Part shown: positions 29,686-39,886 of the stretch, piece by piece | Layout: each line of letters opens with the position of its first letter | How positions within the stretch are numbered: position 1 is the first letter of the stretch | NCBI GenBank assembly: GCA_965116925.1 | Contig: OZ220744.1 | Location: 672,001-736,000, forward strand | DNA: 64,000 nucleotides | Direction of reading: 5' to 3' | DNA from: Candidatus Poribacteria bacterium | Lineage (GTDB): Bacteria; Poribacteria; WGA-4E; PCPOR2b | Program-made: the position numbers and the translations under genes | The notes under the pieces: generated by a model | Databases searched by the model: none | What the model was told of the DNA's origin: nothing | What the model saw: only the letters and a program-made list of their open reading frames with translations

Positions 29686-30085
29686 TCGCTGTAGTATCGG
29701 TTGAAACGGCGCAGTTGAAAACAGCGCCTACCAGACAGGAGAACGGTACGGGCGGTTACAAACCGCACGGTGCAAGTTCCAGATGGAATAATCGCTGTAG
29801 TATCGGTTGAAACGGCGCAGTTGAAAACAGCGCCTACCAGACAGGAGAACGGTATGGGCGGTTACAAACCGCACGGTGCAAATTCCAGATGGAATAGTCG
29901 CCGTAATGTCAGTTGAACCGGCGCACTTGGAAACAGCGTCTACCAGACAGGAGAACGGTACGGGCGGTTACAAACCGCACGGTGCAAATTCCAGATGGAA
30001 TAATCGCTGTAGTATCGGTTGAAACGGCGCAGTTGAAAACAGCGCCTACCAGACGGGAGAACGGTACGGACGGTTACAAACCGCA
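29662..30085. repeat. Tandem repeat, 106-bp unit x4, containing the RAYT 3' end and two REPs
   Basis: Units start at 29662, 29768, 29874 and 29980. Confidence 0.93.
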
Positions 30086-30177
30086 CTAGGCATCGCTCGG
30101 AAATTACCGAATTAATAAATTAAACTTCATACAAAAACTCGGTTAATCGTTGAGACAATCTTCGTATCGGAGGACAC

Positions 30178-31644
30178 ATGCAACCCAATATTCTTATCTT
30201 TATGACCGATCAAGAACAAGCCGATGTGGTGCATCCAGACCATCCATGTATCACACCAAATGCTACGAGGTTAGCGCAGGAGGGGGTTCTTTTTAACCGT
30301 TCATTCTGTCCAACGGCACATTGCTGCCCCTCACGCGCAACATTTATGACAGGCGTATATCCCAGTCGGCACGGCATCTACAACAATGTCAGCAATCCGA
30401 CCGCCATCCACCACGAACTCTACGAAGGTGTCGGGATGTTCAGTGAGACACTCCGATCTTCGGGCTACAATTTGGCGTATGCCGGGAAATGGCATGTCAC
30501 CGACGCCGAGAACCCATCCGACCGCGGTTGGGAGGATCTGCACCTGACGGGGGGCAAAGGCAGCTACATGCACCGTTCAGTGGCGCAATGGCAAGAACAA
30601 GCCAAACAACCCGAATCGACAGAACGCCAGCGTGGGCAAATTCTCCGTCCCGGTTGGGGACACTACCAGTTGTATCAATCCTACCCGACCGACACACCGA
30701 AAGGCTACGAAGATCACCGAGATTATCGCGTTGTCCAATCTGGGATAGAGGCGTTGGGGCGACTGTCCCAAGCCGATGCGCCGTGGTGCCTATACATCGG
30801 ACCGAGCGGGCCCCACGACCCATTCATCGTGCCGGAGCGTTTCGCCCAAATGTATGACCCCAAAGAAATTCCGCTGCCCCCAAACTACCACGACACATTG
30901 GAAGACAAACCCCGCGCCTATCAGCGAGCGCGTCAGCAGTATTGGGATCAACTTTCGGAGGACGAAGTGCGCGAGTCCCTCCAGCACTATTGGGGATACT
31001 GCACAATGGAGGACGCGATGTTCGGTGAGGTGCTTGAGACACTGGAGGAGACAGGGCAGGCGGATAACACCCTTGTGCTACGAATGAGCGACCACGGCGA
31101 TTACTGCGGTGCACACGGCTTGTACCTCAAAGGGGTGCCGGCGTTCCGTGAGGCTTATAACATCGCCACAATTGCCCGTTGGCCCCAAGGGATCGCCAAT
31201 CCCAACCGCGAAGTCGATGACTTTGTCAGCCTCGCCGATTTCGCACCCACCTTCATCGAATTAGGGGGCGAATCCGTACCAGATGACCTGACAGGGAGGA
31301 GCCTCGTGCCATTCCTGAAAGACGAAACCCCCTCCGATTGGACGGACGCATTCTACACGCAATTCAACGGCGTTGAGCTGTATTACAGCCAGCGCGTTGT
31401 CACTACCAAAGAGTTCAAATACGTCTACAACGGCTTCGACTTCGACGAGGTATACGATCTGCGGAACGACCCGCACGAAATGGTGAACCTCAGCGACCAC
31501 CCCGATTATCAGGAGGTGAAGCGCGATTTGGTGCGTCGGATGTGGCGGTTCGCAGGACGCGAGGACGACATCATCTTCAACCCGTATGCAACGGTGGCAT
31601 TTGCGCCGTGGGGCCCCGCCGATGCCCTGCGCGATGAAGCGTAA
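30178..31644 (+). CDS. Sulfatase
   Basis: PNILIFMTDQ, CCPSRA, GKWH, PHDP, SDHG. Confidence 0.92.
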   Translation: MQPNILIFMTDQEQADVVHPDHPCITPNATRLAQEGVLFNRSFCPTAHCCPSRATFMTGVYPSRHGIYNNVSNPTAIHHELYEGVGMFSETLRSSGYNLAYAGKWHVTDAENPSDRGWEDLHLTGGKGSYMHRSVAQWQEQAKQPESTERQRGQILRPGWGHYQLYQSYPTDTPKGYEDHRDYRVVQSGIEALGRLSQADAPWCLYIGPSGPHDPFIVPERFAQMYDPKEIPLPPNYHDTLEDKPRAYQRARQQYWDQLSEDEVRESLQHYWGYCTMEDAMFGEVLETLEETGQADNTLVLRMSDHGDYCGAHGLYLKGVPAFREAYNIATIARWPQGIANPNREVDDFVSLADFAPTFIELGGESVPDDLTGRSLVPFLKDETPSDWTDAFYTQFNGVELYYSQRVVTTKEFKYVYNGFDFDEVYDLRNDPHEMVNLSDHPDYQEVKRDLVRRMWRFAGREDDIIFNPYATVAFAPWGPADALRDEA

Positions 31645-31658
31645 AGAGGAGTAACTTC

Positions 31659-33104
31659 ATGGCAACCCTTAAAGGTATCATTCGAGACAGCGTTTCAGGT
31701 GCCTCCGTCGAGGCGAAAGTCCATGTCCTGACCAGTAGCGGCAATTTCGTCCACCCTGCGGATAGTATTCTGAAAATTGGCCCGGGCGACCCGTTTTTCT
31801 ACTGTCCGGGGGAGTTTACTGTGGATGTGCCGCGCGGTTCAACGGACATCGTGGTTGAACGTGGCACCGAGTACGAACCTCTGCGCAAGGTCGTTTCGAT
31901 GCCCGCAAAGGGGGCAGTTGAAGTTGAGTTACATCTCAAACGGTGGGCAGATCTGCCATCGCAGGGCTGGTATCCGGGGAATACACATCTGCACTACAAT
32001 GAGGAGGAGGCTCGACCCGATGATCGGCTGCGCCTCGATCCCCAAGTTCACGACCTCAGCGTGACCGTTATCAGCATCTTGCAGCGGGGCGAAATTCCCT
32101 ATGCCAGCAATAAGTATCCGCTCGGATTCATGACCGACTATTCGACCGCACACCATCTTGTCGATTGCGGCGAGGAGAATCGACATAACTCCCCTTACGG
32201 CGGCGGCTCCGGGCACGTGATGTTCCTACATATCAATAATCTAGTCGAGCCTGTCAGTCGCGGTAATCTTGTCAGCGACTTTGATCCTGACTACCCGCCG
32301 ATCTGTTACGCCTGCGACGATGCGAAACGACAGGGAGGGATTGTGCTGTGGTGCCATAACGGACGGGGAATGGAAGCACCGGTGGCGGCAGCACTAGGGA
32401 AGTTGGATGCCTTTAATCTATTCGATCCCTCTTGGAAAGACCTTGAGTATGACATCTGGTATCACCTACTCAACTGTGGGATTCCGCTGCCTGCCTCGAC
32501 CGGGACAGATTGGTTCATCTGTGCGAACAACCGCGTCTACGTCCAGACCGATGGAGAATTTACCTATGAAAACTGGTTGAGCGGTTTGCAGGCAGGACGT
32601 ACCTTTATCACGAATGGACCAGCACTGTTTCTGAACCTTGATGGCGCAGCCCCCGGCAGCAGTATCACATCCCCGAATGGAAGTTCTCGCACGGTATCAG
32701 GACAAATCTCATGGCAGTCGCACTACCCCCTCAACAGCGTCGAATTGGTTCACAACGGGACAGTGACACAAACGGTTCCGCTTGAGGGAAGGGGACACGG
32801 TGGGGAGCGGTCATTTGACCTCAAGATCGAATCCGATGGCTGGGTCGCAGCACGTGCCTTCGGAGAAGCCCGTGACAGCTTTGCACAGCCGGTCTATGCA
32901 CACACAAGTCCCATCTACATCGGCACAGGTCGTCCTGACAGCACCGTGCAGTCGTCAGCAGGGTTCTTTGTTCGCTCGATCGACAATGCAATGGAGATAG
33001 TGAACCGAGATTGGCGGTTTGCAAAGGATACACAGCGGGAAGAGGTCTTACACCTGTTCAACGAAGGACGCAAAGTTTACCAGAATCTAGCTAAATTGCG
33101 TTAG
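31659..33104 (+). CDS. PHP-like metallohydrolase (CehA/McbA-like)
   Basis: GWYPGNTHLH, WCH, STGTD, GRTFITNGP, AHTSPIY. Confidence 0.75.
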   Translation: MATLKGIIRDSVSGASVEAKVHVLTSSGNFVHPADSILKIGPGDPFFYCPGEFTVDVPRGSTDIVVERGTEYEPLRKVVSMPAKGAVEVELHLKRWADLPSQGWYPGNTHLHYNEEEARPDDRLRLDPQVHDLSVTVISILQRGEIPYASNKYPLGFMTDYSTAHHLVDCGEENRHNSPYGGGSGHVMFLHINNLVEPVSRGNLVSDFDPDYPPICYACDDAKRQGGIVLWCHNGRGMEAPVAAALGKLDAFNLFDPSWKDLEYDIWYHLLNCGIPLPASTGTDWFICANNRVYVQTDGEFTYENWLSGLQAGRTFITNGPALFLNLDGAAPGSSITSPNGSSRTVSGQISWQSHYPLNSVELVHNGTVTQTVPLEGRGHGGERSFDLKIESDGWVAARAFGEARDSFAQPVYAHTSPIYIGTGRPDSTVQSSAGFFVRSIDNAMEIVNRDWRFAKDTQREEVLHLFNEGRKVYQNLAKLR

Positions 33105-34462
33105 GAGCGTGCCTCTTCAGGGGAAACCCGACGCTGGCCGCTCGCTTCCGTCGGAGCTGGTTCGATGGTCGGTGCCGCCTCACCTGCCTCAACCATGCGA
33201 CGAAGGAGACGTTCCCGCATCACCGCAGCAACCTCCTGATGCGACTCCCGTCCAATCAGGTTTGCCAACTCGTAAGGATCTGCCTGCAAGTCGTAAAGGG
33301 ACTCCTCGACATACTCCTCCGAACCTGCCCCTTGTGCACTACGTCCCCCCGGCGCAGCAACGCCGTACTTCCATCGGTGTGTGCGAACAGCGCGCCCTAC
33401 CTGCGCCTCGCTGACCTGAACGAAGACCTCCTCGGGCCACTCCTCCGTCTCACCCCTCGTCAATGGAAGGATTGAACGTCCTTGCATCTCTTCGGGCACA
33501 GGAATCCCCGCCGCATCGAGAAGGGTTGGGGGTAAGTCAACAAGACTGACCAGCTGTTGCAGCTGCCCCCCGCCATCGAAGCCGGGTCCATGTAACGCCG
33601 TTGGGACACGGATAGAACTTTCGTGACAGGAGCGTTTGTATTCCGCATTTCGCGTCTTGAAGTGACAGCCGTGATCCGATGTAAAGAGCAGAATCGTGTT
33701 ATCAAGTAGGTCGAGGCTCTTGAGTGCGTCTAATACCCTGCCGAGCGCCTCGTCAAGCCGTTTGACCATACCGTAATAGCCTGCGATGTGCTGATGTGTT
33801 GAGCCACCCAACGCAGCAAGATCCGGCGGAATCCACCGCCCCGCGTAGCGTTCACGGTAGCCATCGGGCGGTGGGTAATCATCAAGATGATTCTGATGGT
33901 GCGGTTCGATGTACGAGGTGAAAAGATAAAATGGATCGCCTTGGTGCGCGTCAATATAGCGGATCATAGAATCGGTGACAGCGTCCACACGGTAGCCGGG
34001 GAGTCTGACAGGTTGGTTGTCGTTGTTATAGAGTACGGTCGAGTAAGCGTCGGAGGTAAACTCAAGCACGTTGGAGGCAAGCCAATACTCATAACCACCA
34101 CGCGCAGATTCCGGGACAGGTCCCTCAACGCCCCTATCGTAGAGATGCCACTTGCCGATATAACCGGTCGTGTAGCCGCTTTCACGAAAATGGTGGGCAA
34201 GTGTCTTCAGATCGGACGGCAGTGGGATACCGTTTCGGTAACACCCCGTTTCAGTGGCGTAAAGCCCGGTTTGCAAGCAAGACCGCGCTGGACCACAAAC
34301 AGGCTGGCATGTAAACGAGTGGTGGACATGGGTTCCCCTTCGCGCCATCCGATCAAAATTCGGCGTCAAATCGAGCGGATTGCCGTGGACGCCCGTTGTG
34401 TCCCAACGTTGCTGGTCTGTGAAGAACACGATCACATTGGGCTGGTCTGAAGTTCTTGCCAT
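33101..34462 (-). CDS. Sulfatase
   Basis: PNVIVFFTDQQR, CGPARS, GKWH, SDHG; start moved to ATG 34462, which has an RBS. Confidence 0.92.
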   Translation of the reverse strand: MARTSDQPNVIVFFTDQQRWDTTGVHGNPLDLTPNFDRMARRGTHVHHSFTCQPVCGPARSCLQTGLYATETGCYRNGIPLPSDLKTLAHHFRESGYTTGYIGKWHLYDRGVEGPVPESARGGYEYWLASNVLEFTSDAYSTVLYNNDNQPVRLPGYRVDAVTDSMIRYIDAHQGDPFYLFTSYIEPHHQNHLDDYPPPDGYRERYAGRWIPPDLAALGGSTHQHIAGYYGMVKRLDEALGRVLDALKSLDLLDNTILLFTSDHGCHFKTRNAEYKRSCHESSIRVPTALHGPGFDGGGQLQQLVSLVDLPPTLLDAAGIPVPEEMQGRSILPLTRGETEEWPEEVFVQVSEAQVGRAVRTHRWKYGVAAPGGRSAQGAGSEEYVEESLYDLQADPYELANLIGRESHQEVAAVMRERLLRRMVEAGEAAPTIEPAPTEASGQRRVSPEEARS

Positions 34463-34567
34463 ATTATTGTTTCTCCTCTTCCTCAGCGCCGTTAAAGTTG
34501 ATTTGTCTAGTCGCTCCTCAAATTCAGCGAAGGCGCGACCTAAAATACAAGGCAATCTCCTGTTGGT

Positions 34568-35035
34568 CTACACACTTTCAATGTCTTGTGTGCCAAGTTT
34601 CGCTCTCAGATTGGATCCACTTAATCCTTCAAGGAGTCCCCTCAGAAAACGCTTATACAGATGTTCCGCTAAGAAGAAGAAGATTTCCTGTTGGGTCTTT
34701 TCTGATACCTGATTATCTGGTCCAAGTAGCCGGGAGATTTCTTCCTCTGCTTCATGTTTAAGTTCTGGATATTTACCGACAATAGATTCATGAAGATTCG
34801 CAAACCATTCTCCAGTATCGTTCAGCGGATCTAACGTTGCATTAAGAAAATCTGCAATCTCTGAAAGAATCGGATCCGTACATTCTTCTATGAAATTTTG
34901 ATTGACTCGGGTTAACTCGAAAAGCCACAGCAAGCTATCAGCCACTTCCGACCAATACTGAATTGAAAAATCAGGTGTTCTTATATCCTCAAGTGGGTTG
35001 CGTCTTTGCGGTGGAGGTGCATCCCTCTGTACCAT
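34568..35035 (-). CDS. Hypothetical protein
   Basis: 155 aa ORF with AGGAG RBS; no motif recognised. Confidence 0.55.
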   Translation of the reverse strand: MVQRDAPPPQRRNPLEDIRTPDFSIQYWSEVADSLLWLFELTRVNQNFIEECTDPILSEIADFLNATLDPLNDTGEWFANLHESIVGKYPELKHEAEEEISRLLGPDNQVSEKTQQEIFFFLAEHLYKRFLRGLLEGLSGSNLRAKLGTQDIESV

Positions 35036-35141
35036 AATAATCTCCTATTGTTGTGAAGGTTTAATAAGTTCCTTACTCACTGTTGATATATTCCAAAACC
35101 TCCAATGATTGGAAGCATTCTATCATGGATCTGCTCCGAGG

Positions 35142-36263
35142 CTAATCAAAGCCGTCATCAAGACTTTTCAAGAACAAGCGACCGACATCAAGGTTATACG
35201 CGAAATCGCTTGCTATCCAAGGGCTGTTGTAGCCGATGACCGGTACTTTGCTCTCATGACGTGAACCGTGAGATCTAATATCGACAACTGTTTCCGTTTC
35301 GGTGAGTTCACCAAAAACGGTATCTCGATCTGCGAGGACGAAAATGTCTCCAATCCGATCCGGGTGAAGCCGAAATTGATGTGCTGCTTCATCAGAGGCA
35401 TAAACCTCTTCGACACCCGGCGCAGTGCCTAATGTTTCTATCGCCTTCGGAAGATCCGCCAATCTCTGTAGAAACACATACGCCGCCCCTCCCAAATTAC
35501 CGTGATGGGCGACATAACGGTCTTTGATGATGGGGATAGCGCTTGACGGGATGCTATGCTCGGTCAACCAACGCCCCGGATCGAGCGCGCGATTCTTTGG
35601 CAACATCGCGTGATCCGCTGTAATGTAAATCTCTCGTTCCGGGTTATCGTCCGCAATTTGCCCAATGAGTCGGTCCAATTCAGCGATATGTTGCAGCGAA
35701 TGTTCTTCCGTCGGGGCGTATTTGTGTTGATTCCAATCCGTGGTTGAGCAGTAGGCGAGTTGGGGGTCATGCTCGCGTAGAACCTCACGCAACGCCCGCA
35801 GCAACCACCAATTAATTTCCGACGAGTAGATATCCTCAACCGGTCCAACTGTTTCAACATATTCAGTGGGTGGATCTTCCGCAGCGATAGCGATATCCGT
35901 TCCTGCCTCAAGCATCCGTAGTAATTTTTTCTTCGTAACAAGCAGAGCGGTTTTCTCTGCGAAACCCGACAATTTTGCACGCTCAAATAGTGTCTGTGTG
36001 AGCAAAAAACGGTTATCCTCGATAAACTCTCCTTTCCCCGTCTCACGGTCAACATGGTAGTTGGTTGTAATGCCGTGTATCTCTGGGAAAGTCCCTGTCG
36101 CAAGACTCACATTATTGACATTTGTAACAGAGGGGATGACTGATCTCGCGTGTTGATAGAAGCCCTCCTCTGCTAGCTTTTGGATGTTTGGTATATCACT
36201 CGCATCAAGGTAGTCGTGCCCACCGGCGTCAATACAGATAATCAAAACTTTGCGCTGGCTCAA
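35142..36263 (-). CDS. phnA: Alkaline phosphatase superfamily enzyme, phosphonoacetate hydrolase-like
   Basis: ICID, PSVTNVNN (Thr nucleophile), TTDWNQHKYAP, TADH, RIGD, RSHG. Confidence 0.7.
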   Translation of the reverse strand: MSQRKVLIICIDAGGHDYLDASDIPNIQKLAEEGFYQHARSVIPSVTNVNNVSLATGTFPEIHGITTNYHVDRETGKGEFIEDNRFLLTQTLFERAKLSGFAEKTALLVTKKKLLRMLEAGTDIAIAAEDPPTEYVETVGPVEDIYSSEINWWLLRALREVLREHDPQLAYCSTTDWNQHKYAPTEEHSLQHIAELDRLIGQIADDNPEREIYITADHAMLPKNRALDPGRWLTEHSIPSSAIPIIKDRYVAHHGNLGGAAYVFLQRLADLPKAIETLGTAPGVEEVYASDEAAHQFRLHPDRIGDIFVLADRDTVFGELTETETVVDIRSHGSRHESKVPVIGYNSPWIASDFAYNLDVGRLFLKSLDDGFD

Positions 36264-37369
36264 AATGATTTCCCCTCTAAGGTTGGATTAATGCCAACTC
36301 GGATCAGATCCCCTTGCATCGCGCAGTCAAATGCAGCATTGATTTCTCCCAATGGGTAGACTTTACCGACTAATTCCTTAAACGGATAACGCTCCCGCGT
36401 CGCCTCGACAAACCGAAGCGCGTCTCCTAGTGCAGATGGATGATAGTTGTGATTGCCTCGCACTGTCAAGCATTTTGTTACAATTTTGTGTGCGTCCACC
36501 GTGACATCTGCGTGTGGGAAAACGTAGCCGAGTGTTAAACAGTTACCGCCAATTCCCAGCCAGTCGAGAGAGTTGATCAGTGCAGCTTCTGCCCCGCTCA
36601 CCTCGACCGCGAAATCTACGCCGCGTTCCTCTGTTAAGTCGTGTAAGGCTTCCCCGATCCGATCGGCGGAATCTTTCGTGAGATCGAACGTATGCGTTGC
36701 TCCAAAGGCTTCCGCGATACGGAGACGCTCGGCGACGCGGTCTACGCAGGCGACAATTTCAAATCCGCGTTCGCGCAAACAGCACACAGCATAAATACCT
36801 AACATGCCCGCACCTTGAACGACTGCGCTAGATCTCCCTGTGGGGTCGAGGATTGCCAGCCCACCTAAAACCGTGGAGAGAGCGCAGTTAAGCGGTGCTG
36901 CCTCAATATCGCTGACGGCGTCGGGGATCCGGTAGATTGCAGTTCCCGGTCGAAGGCAAATCTGCTCTGCGAAACCGCCGTTGAGGAAATGAGGCGCAAC
37001 ACTCTGGGCATGTCCATACTTGAACAGCCGCTCACACTTCTGTGGCAGATTCCGGTCGTTACAATATTCGCAAGCACCACACGCAGCCATGATGCTCCAC
37101 GTCACGCGGTCGCCTTCGTGCAGAGGTTCGCCATACGCATCACGAACCTTCGTCGGGAGGGCAATGCGCCCAACCGCTTCGTGACCTAACACACACGGTG
37201 TTGGTGCGGTCCGTCGTCCTGCGAAGGTGTGTAGGTCTGAGCCACAGACAGTTGCTAGGGAGACTTGGACCAGTACCTCATCTATATTCGACGCTGCGAT
37301 GTTCCGTTTGCAAAGTTCAAATGGTTGACCTGCGCCGTGAAAGAGTGCAATCGAAGCTCGCTGACGCAT
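36260..37369 (-). CDS. Zinc-binding alcohol dehydrogenase, phosphonate-catabolism-associated type
   Basis: CGSDLH, GHE, CGACEYC..QKC..KYGH, GAGMLG, GNHNY. Confidence 0.8.
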   Translation of the reverse strand: MRQRASIALFHGAGQPFELCKRNIAASNIDEVLVQVSLATVCGSDLHTFAGRRTAPTPCVLGHEAVGRIALPTKVRDAYGEPLHEGDRVTWSIMAACGACEYCNDRNLPQKCERLFKYGHAQSVAPHFLNGGFAEQICLRPGTAIYRIPDAVSDIEAAPLNCALSTVLGGLAILDPTGRSSAVVQGAGMLGIYAVCCLRERGFEIVACVDRVAERLRIAEAFGATHTFDLTKDSADRIGEALHDLTEERGVDFAVEVSGAEAALINSLDWLGIGGNCLTLGYVFPHADVTVDAHKIVTKCLTVRGNHNYHPSALGDALRFVEATRERYPFKELVGKVYPLGEINAAFDCAMQGDLIRVGINPTLEGKSF

Positions 37370-37502
37370 AAAATTTCCTTAAATCTGCCTGACTTGTTGA
37401 GATGTTTGTATTGATGGTGCCTTCCACAAATATGAGTGAGCAGCCAGCCTTCTTTTTTAAGTCTGGGATTAAATGAATATTCATTTTAAGTTGTCAGTTG
37501 GG

Positions 37503-37533
37503 TTTACTGTGTGTTATAATGTTTTATAATGTT
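37503..37533 (+). promoter_or_regulatory. Promoter candidate overlapped by a tandem TTATAATGTT x2
   Basis: TTTACT-N16-TATAAT; 10-bp direct repeats at 37514-37533. Confidence 0.45.
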
Positions 37534-37567
37534 TGTCTATTAAAAACCATATAAATAGGAGGGGCTT

Positions 37568-39883
37568 ATGGAAACTCAACATCAATATCTAACTATCAAA
37601 GAAGCTGCTGAATTATTAGGTGTGACACCCACAACCTTACGTAATTGGGATCGGTCAGGCAAATTAATCGCTCGGCGCGATCCTGTCAATGATTATCGTC
37701 TATATGCCGTTGAAGATATCTCACAGTTTTTAGGTGAACGAAGTGGAATCTATACCAGCGATCACGATACGACCCCTATCCAACCTGTCTTATTTCCGTT
37801 AGCTTCATCTACCTCTAATCCGAAAGAACCGTTAGATACGCGATCATTACGTCTATTAGTTCGTCAAATGAGTGCAGCTTTTCGTGATTCAATGGGTGGC
37901 AGCTTGCTGGAACGGTTTGAAGAAATCTCAAAGCTATTGTACTGCAAGCTGTATGATGAACGACAATCCCAAGTGTCAGAAAATTACCAATCATGCTTCC
38001 GGCATCAACATAGCGACTCCCTTGATGAAACTTATCTAAGAACTGCTAGGCTTTATCGCAATGCGATAAAGCTCTTACCGGATGTATTAACGGAAGGTTA
38101 TCAAAAATTAAGCGATGACAGAAAAGCAATTGTGCAAATTATTGAGATTTTACAAGATGTCAGTTTGATTAATGTTCCGGTAGATGTAAAAGGCACGGTT
38201 TATGAGGAGTTGATTCGCAATACATTTGAGAAGTCTGATAATCAGCAATTCTTTACGCCGCGCCCTGTTGTTGAGTTTATGGTGCAGTTTCTCAATCCTC
38301 AAGATGGTCAAATACTCTGCGATCCGGCGTGTGGTAGTGGTGGTTTTCTGATAGAAGCCTCAAAGCATATTCATAGAATTCTAGGCGTGCAAACGTCAGA
38401 AGATAGTACAGCGTACCTATCTGACCACATCATTGGATTAGAGATTGATAAGCGTATGGCTTGGGTTGCCCAAATGAATTTAATCATGCACGGTGATGGA
38501 CATGGCAATATTCATCATCTAAATGCCGGTGGTTCCTTAGGATTTTCAGATTATATAGATCGGTTGGTTCAACCTGACAGCCTTGATTTAATTTTGACTA
38601 ATCCGCCATTTGGGAGCGATTTTTCTGATGCAAGCCACCTTGTAAAATATCAACTTGGTCAAGGAAGACCATCTCGACGTCGGGGAATTCTTTTTATTGA
38701 ACGATGTATCGGTTGGCTAAAAAACGGCGGACGTTTAGGAATTATTATCGAAGATAGCGTATTGAATGGCACCTCAAACAGTGATGTACGTAATCTAATC
38801 CTTAAGCATTGTGTGGTGGAAGCCGTTGTTAGCTTACCAGATGTAACGTTTATGCCCTACTCTAGTGCGAAAACCTCTATCCTATTCTTACGCAAGGACC
38901 CTAATGCTAGAAAAGTACAGCCCCCAATTTTTATGGCGAATGTAGATCATGTGGGACGAAAACCAAATGGCGACCCACTTTACACAGTTGGTAGAGATGA
39001 AAACGGACGCCCATTGCTGCAGGATGAATTGCCAAGTGTAATTGATGCGTGGCAGATTTATGTTACGCAGGGCGAAGACGCTATTACTCATTTATCACCT
39101 AAAATTTATATTTGTCCGCCAGATCGATTTCAAAAAGATTTGGGAATGAGACTTGATGTTCAATTTCATCACCCTTCTCGTAAAGTCGCCGAGGATACAT
39201 TGCACAGATCTGTTTACCCAACACCAAAGTTGGCGGAACTCGTTGTTGTGCGAAATGTCACCGTTGTACCGAAAACACAAGATCCAGATGAAATTTGGCA
39301 CTATATCGGATTAGGAAATATCACCGCTGAAACAGGAGAGTATACCCAGTCCAGCATAATGGGAAGTCAAATCAAAAGTACGGTTCGTCTTTTTCACGCC
39401 GGAGATATTCTGTTTTCCAAGCTGCGTCCTGAACTCCGCAAGTGCGTCTTAATCCGCGAAGATGAGGATGAAGGTTATGCCTCATCTGAATGTTTGGTGT
39501 TCTGCACGTTAGCGGATGCGATGCACGATCCTCTATTGCATAACGTTGCCTATCAGAGGAGTCTCATGCAGCAGCATCAAATAGACCGTGAATATCTGGC
39601 GTTTATCTTACGTAGCGATATTGTTTTCGGACAACTAATTTATCAAATCACCGGCGTTGGTCGCCCCCGTGTCAGTCGGTCTGCGATACTTGGACTAAGA
39701 ATTCCAGTACCGCCTCTATCCATACAGCATGAAATTGTTACTGGATACAAGATAGCATGGAAACACTATCTTGAATGTCGTAAACGAAGTGCCGTGGCAC
39801 TGCGCGAAGGCGATACAGCTTTAAAGACAGCGTATACCCATACCTGTGAAAGGTTGTGTCCTACGCTACAACGCTTCGTCTAA
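37568..39883 (+). CDS. N6-adenine DNA methyltransferase with N-terminal MerR/Xis-like HTH and C-terminal TRD
   Basis: LTIKEAAELLGVTPTTLRNWD; QFFTPR, DPACGSGGFL, NPPF; GDILFSKLRP and TGVGRPRV TRD-like motifs. Confidence 0.88.
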   Translation: METQHQYLTIKEAAELLGVTPTTLRNWDRSGKLIARRDPVNDYRLYAVEDISQFLGERSGIYTSDHDTTPIQPVLFPLASSTSNPKEPLDTRSLRLLVRQMSAAFRDSMGGSLLERFEEISKLLYCKLYDERQSQVSENYQSCFRHQHSDSLDETYLRTARLYRNAIKLLPDVLTEGYQKLSDDRKAIVQIIEILQDVSLINVPVDVKGTVYEELIRNTFEKSDNQQFFTPRPVVEFMVQFLNPQDGQILCDPACGSGGFLIEASKHIHRILGVQTSEDSTAYLSDHIIGLEIDKRMAWVAQMNLIMHGDGHGNIHHLNAGGSLGFSDYIDRLVQPDSLDLILTNPPFGSDFSDASHLVKYQLGQGRPSRRRGILFIERCIGWLKNGGRLGIIIEDSVLNGTSNSDVRNLILKHCVVEAVVSLPDVTFMPYSSAKTSILFLRKDPNARKVQPPIFMANVDHVGRKPNGDPLYTVGRDENGRPLLQDELPSVIDAWQIYVTQGEDAITHLSPKIYICPPDRFQKDLGMRLDVQFHHPSRKVAEDTLHRSVYPTPKLAELVVVRNVTVVPKTQDPDEIWHYIGLGNITAETGEYTQSSIMGSQIKSTVRLFHAGDILFSKLRPELRKCVLIREDEDEGYASSECLVFCTLADAMHDPLLHNVAYQRSLMQQHQIDREYLAFILRSDIVFGQLIYQITGVGRPRVSRSAILGLRIPVPPLSIQHEIVTGYKIAWKHYLECRKRSAVALREGDTALKTAYTHTCERLCPTLQRFV

Positions 39884-39886
39884 AAC

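Larger units (their letters stand above)
29070..30130. mobile_element. RAYT-containing element with family H ends (left boundary uncertain)
   Basis: 30091-30130 matches one arm of 14590-14704 and 29134-29172 matches the other inner arm plus REP. Confidence 0.55.

Noticed and set aside
29662..30085. CRISPR array
   Set aside because: Whole 106-bp units repeat with no unique spacers, and there are no cas genes
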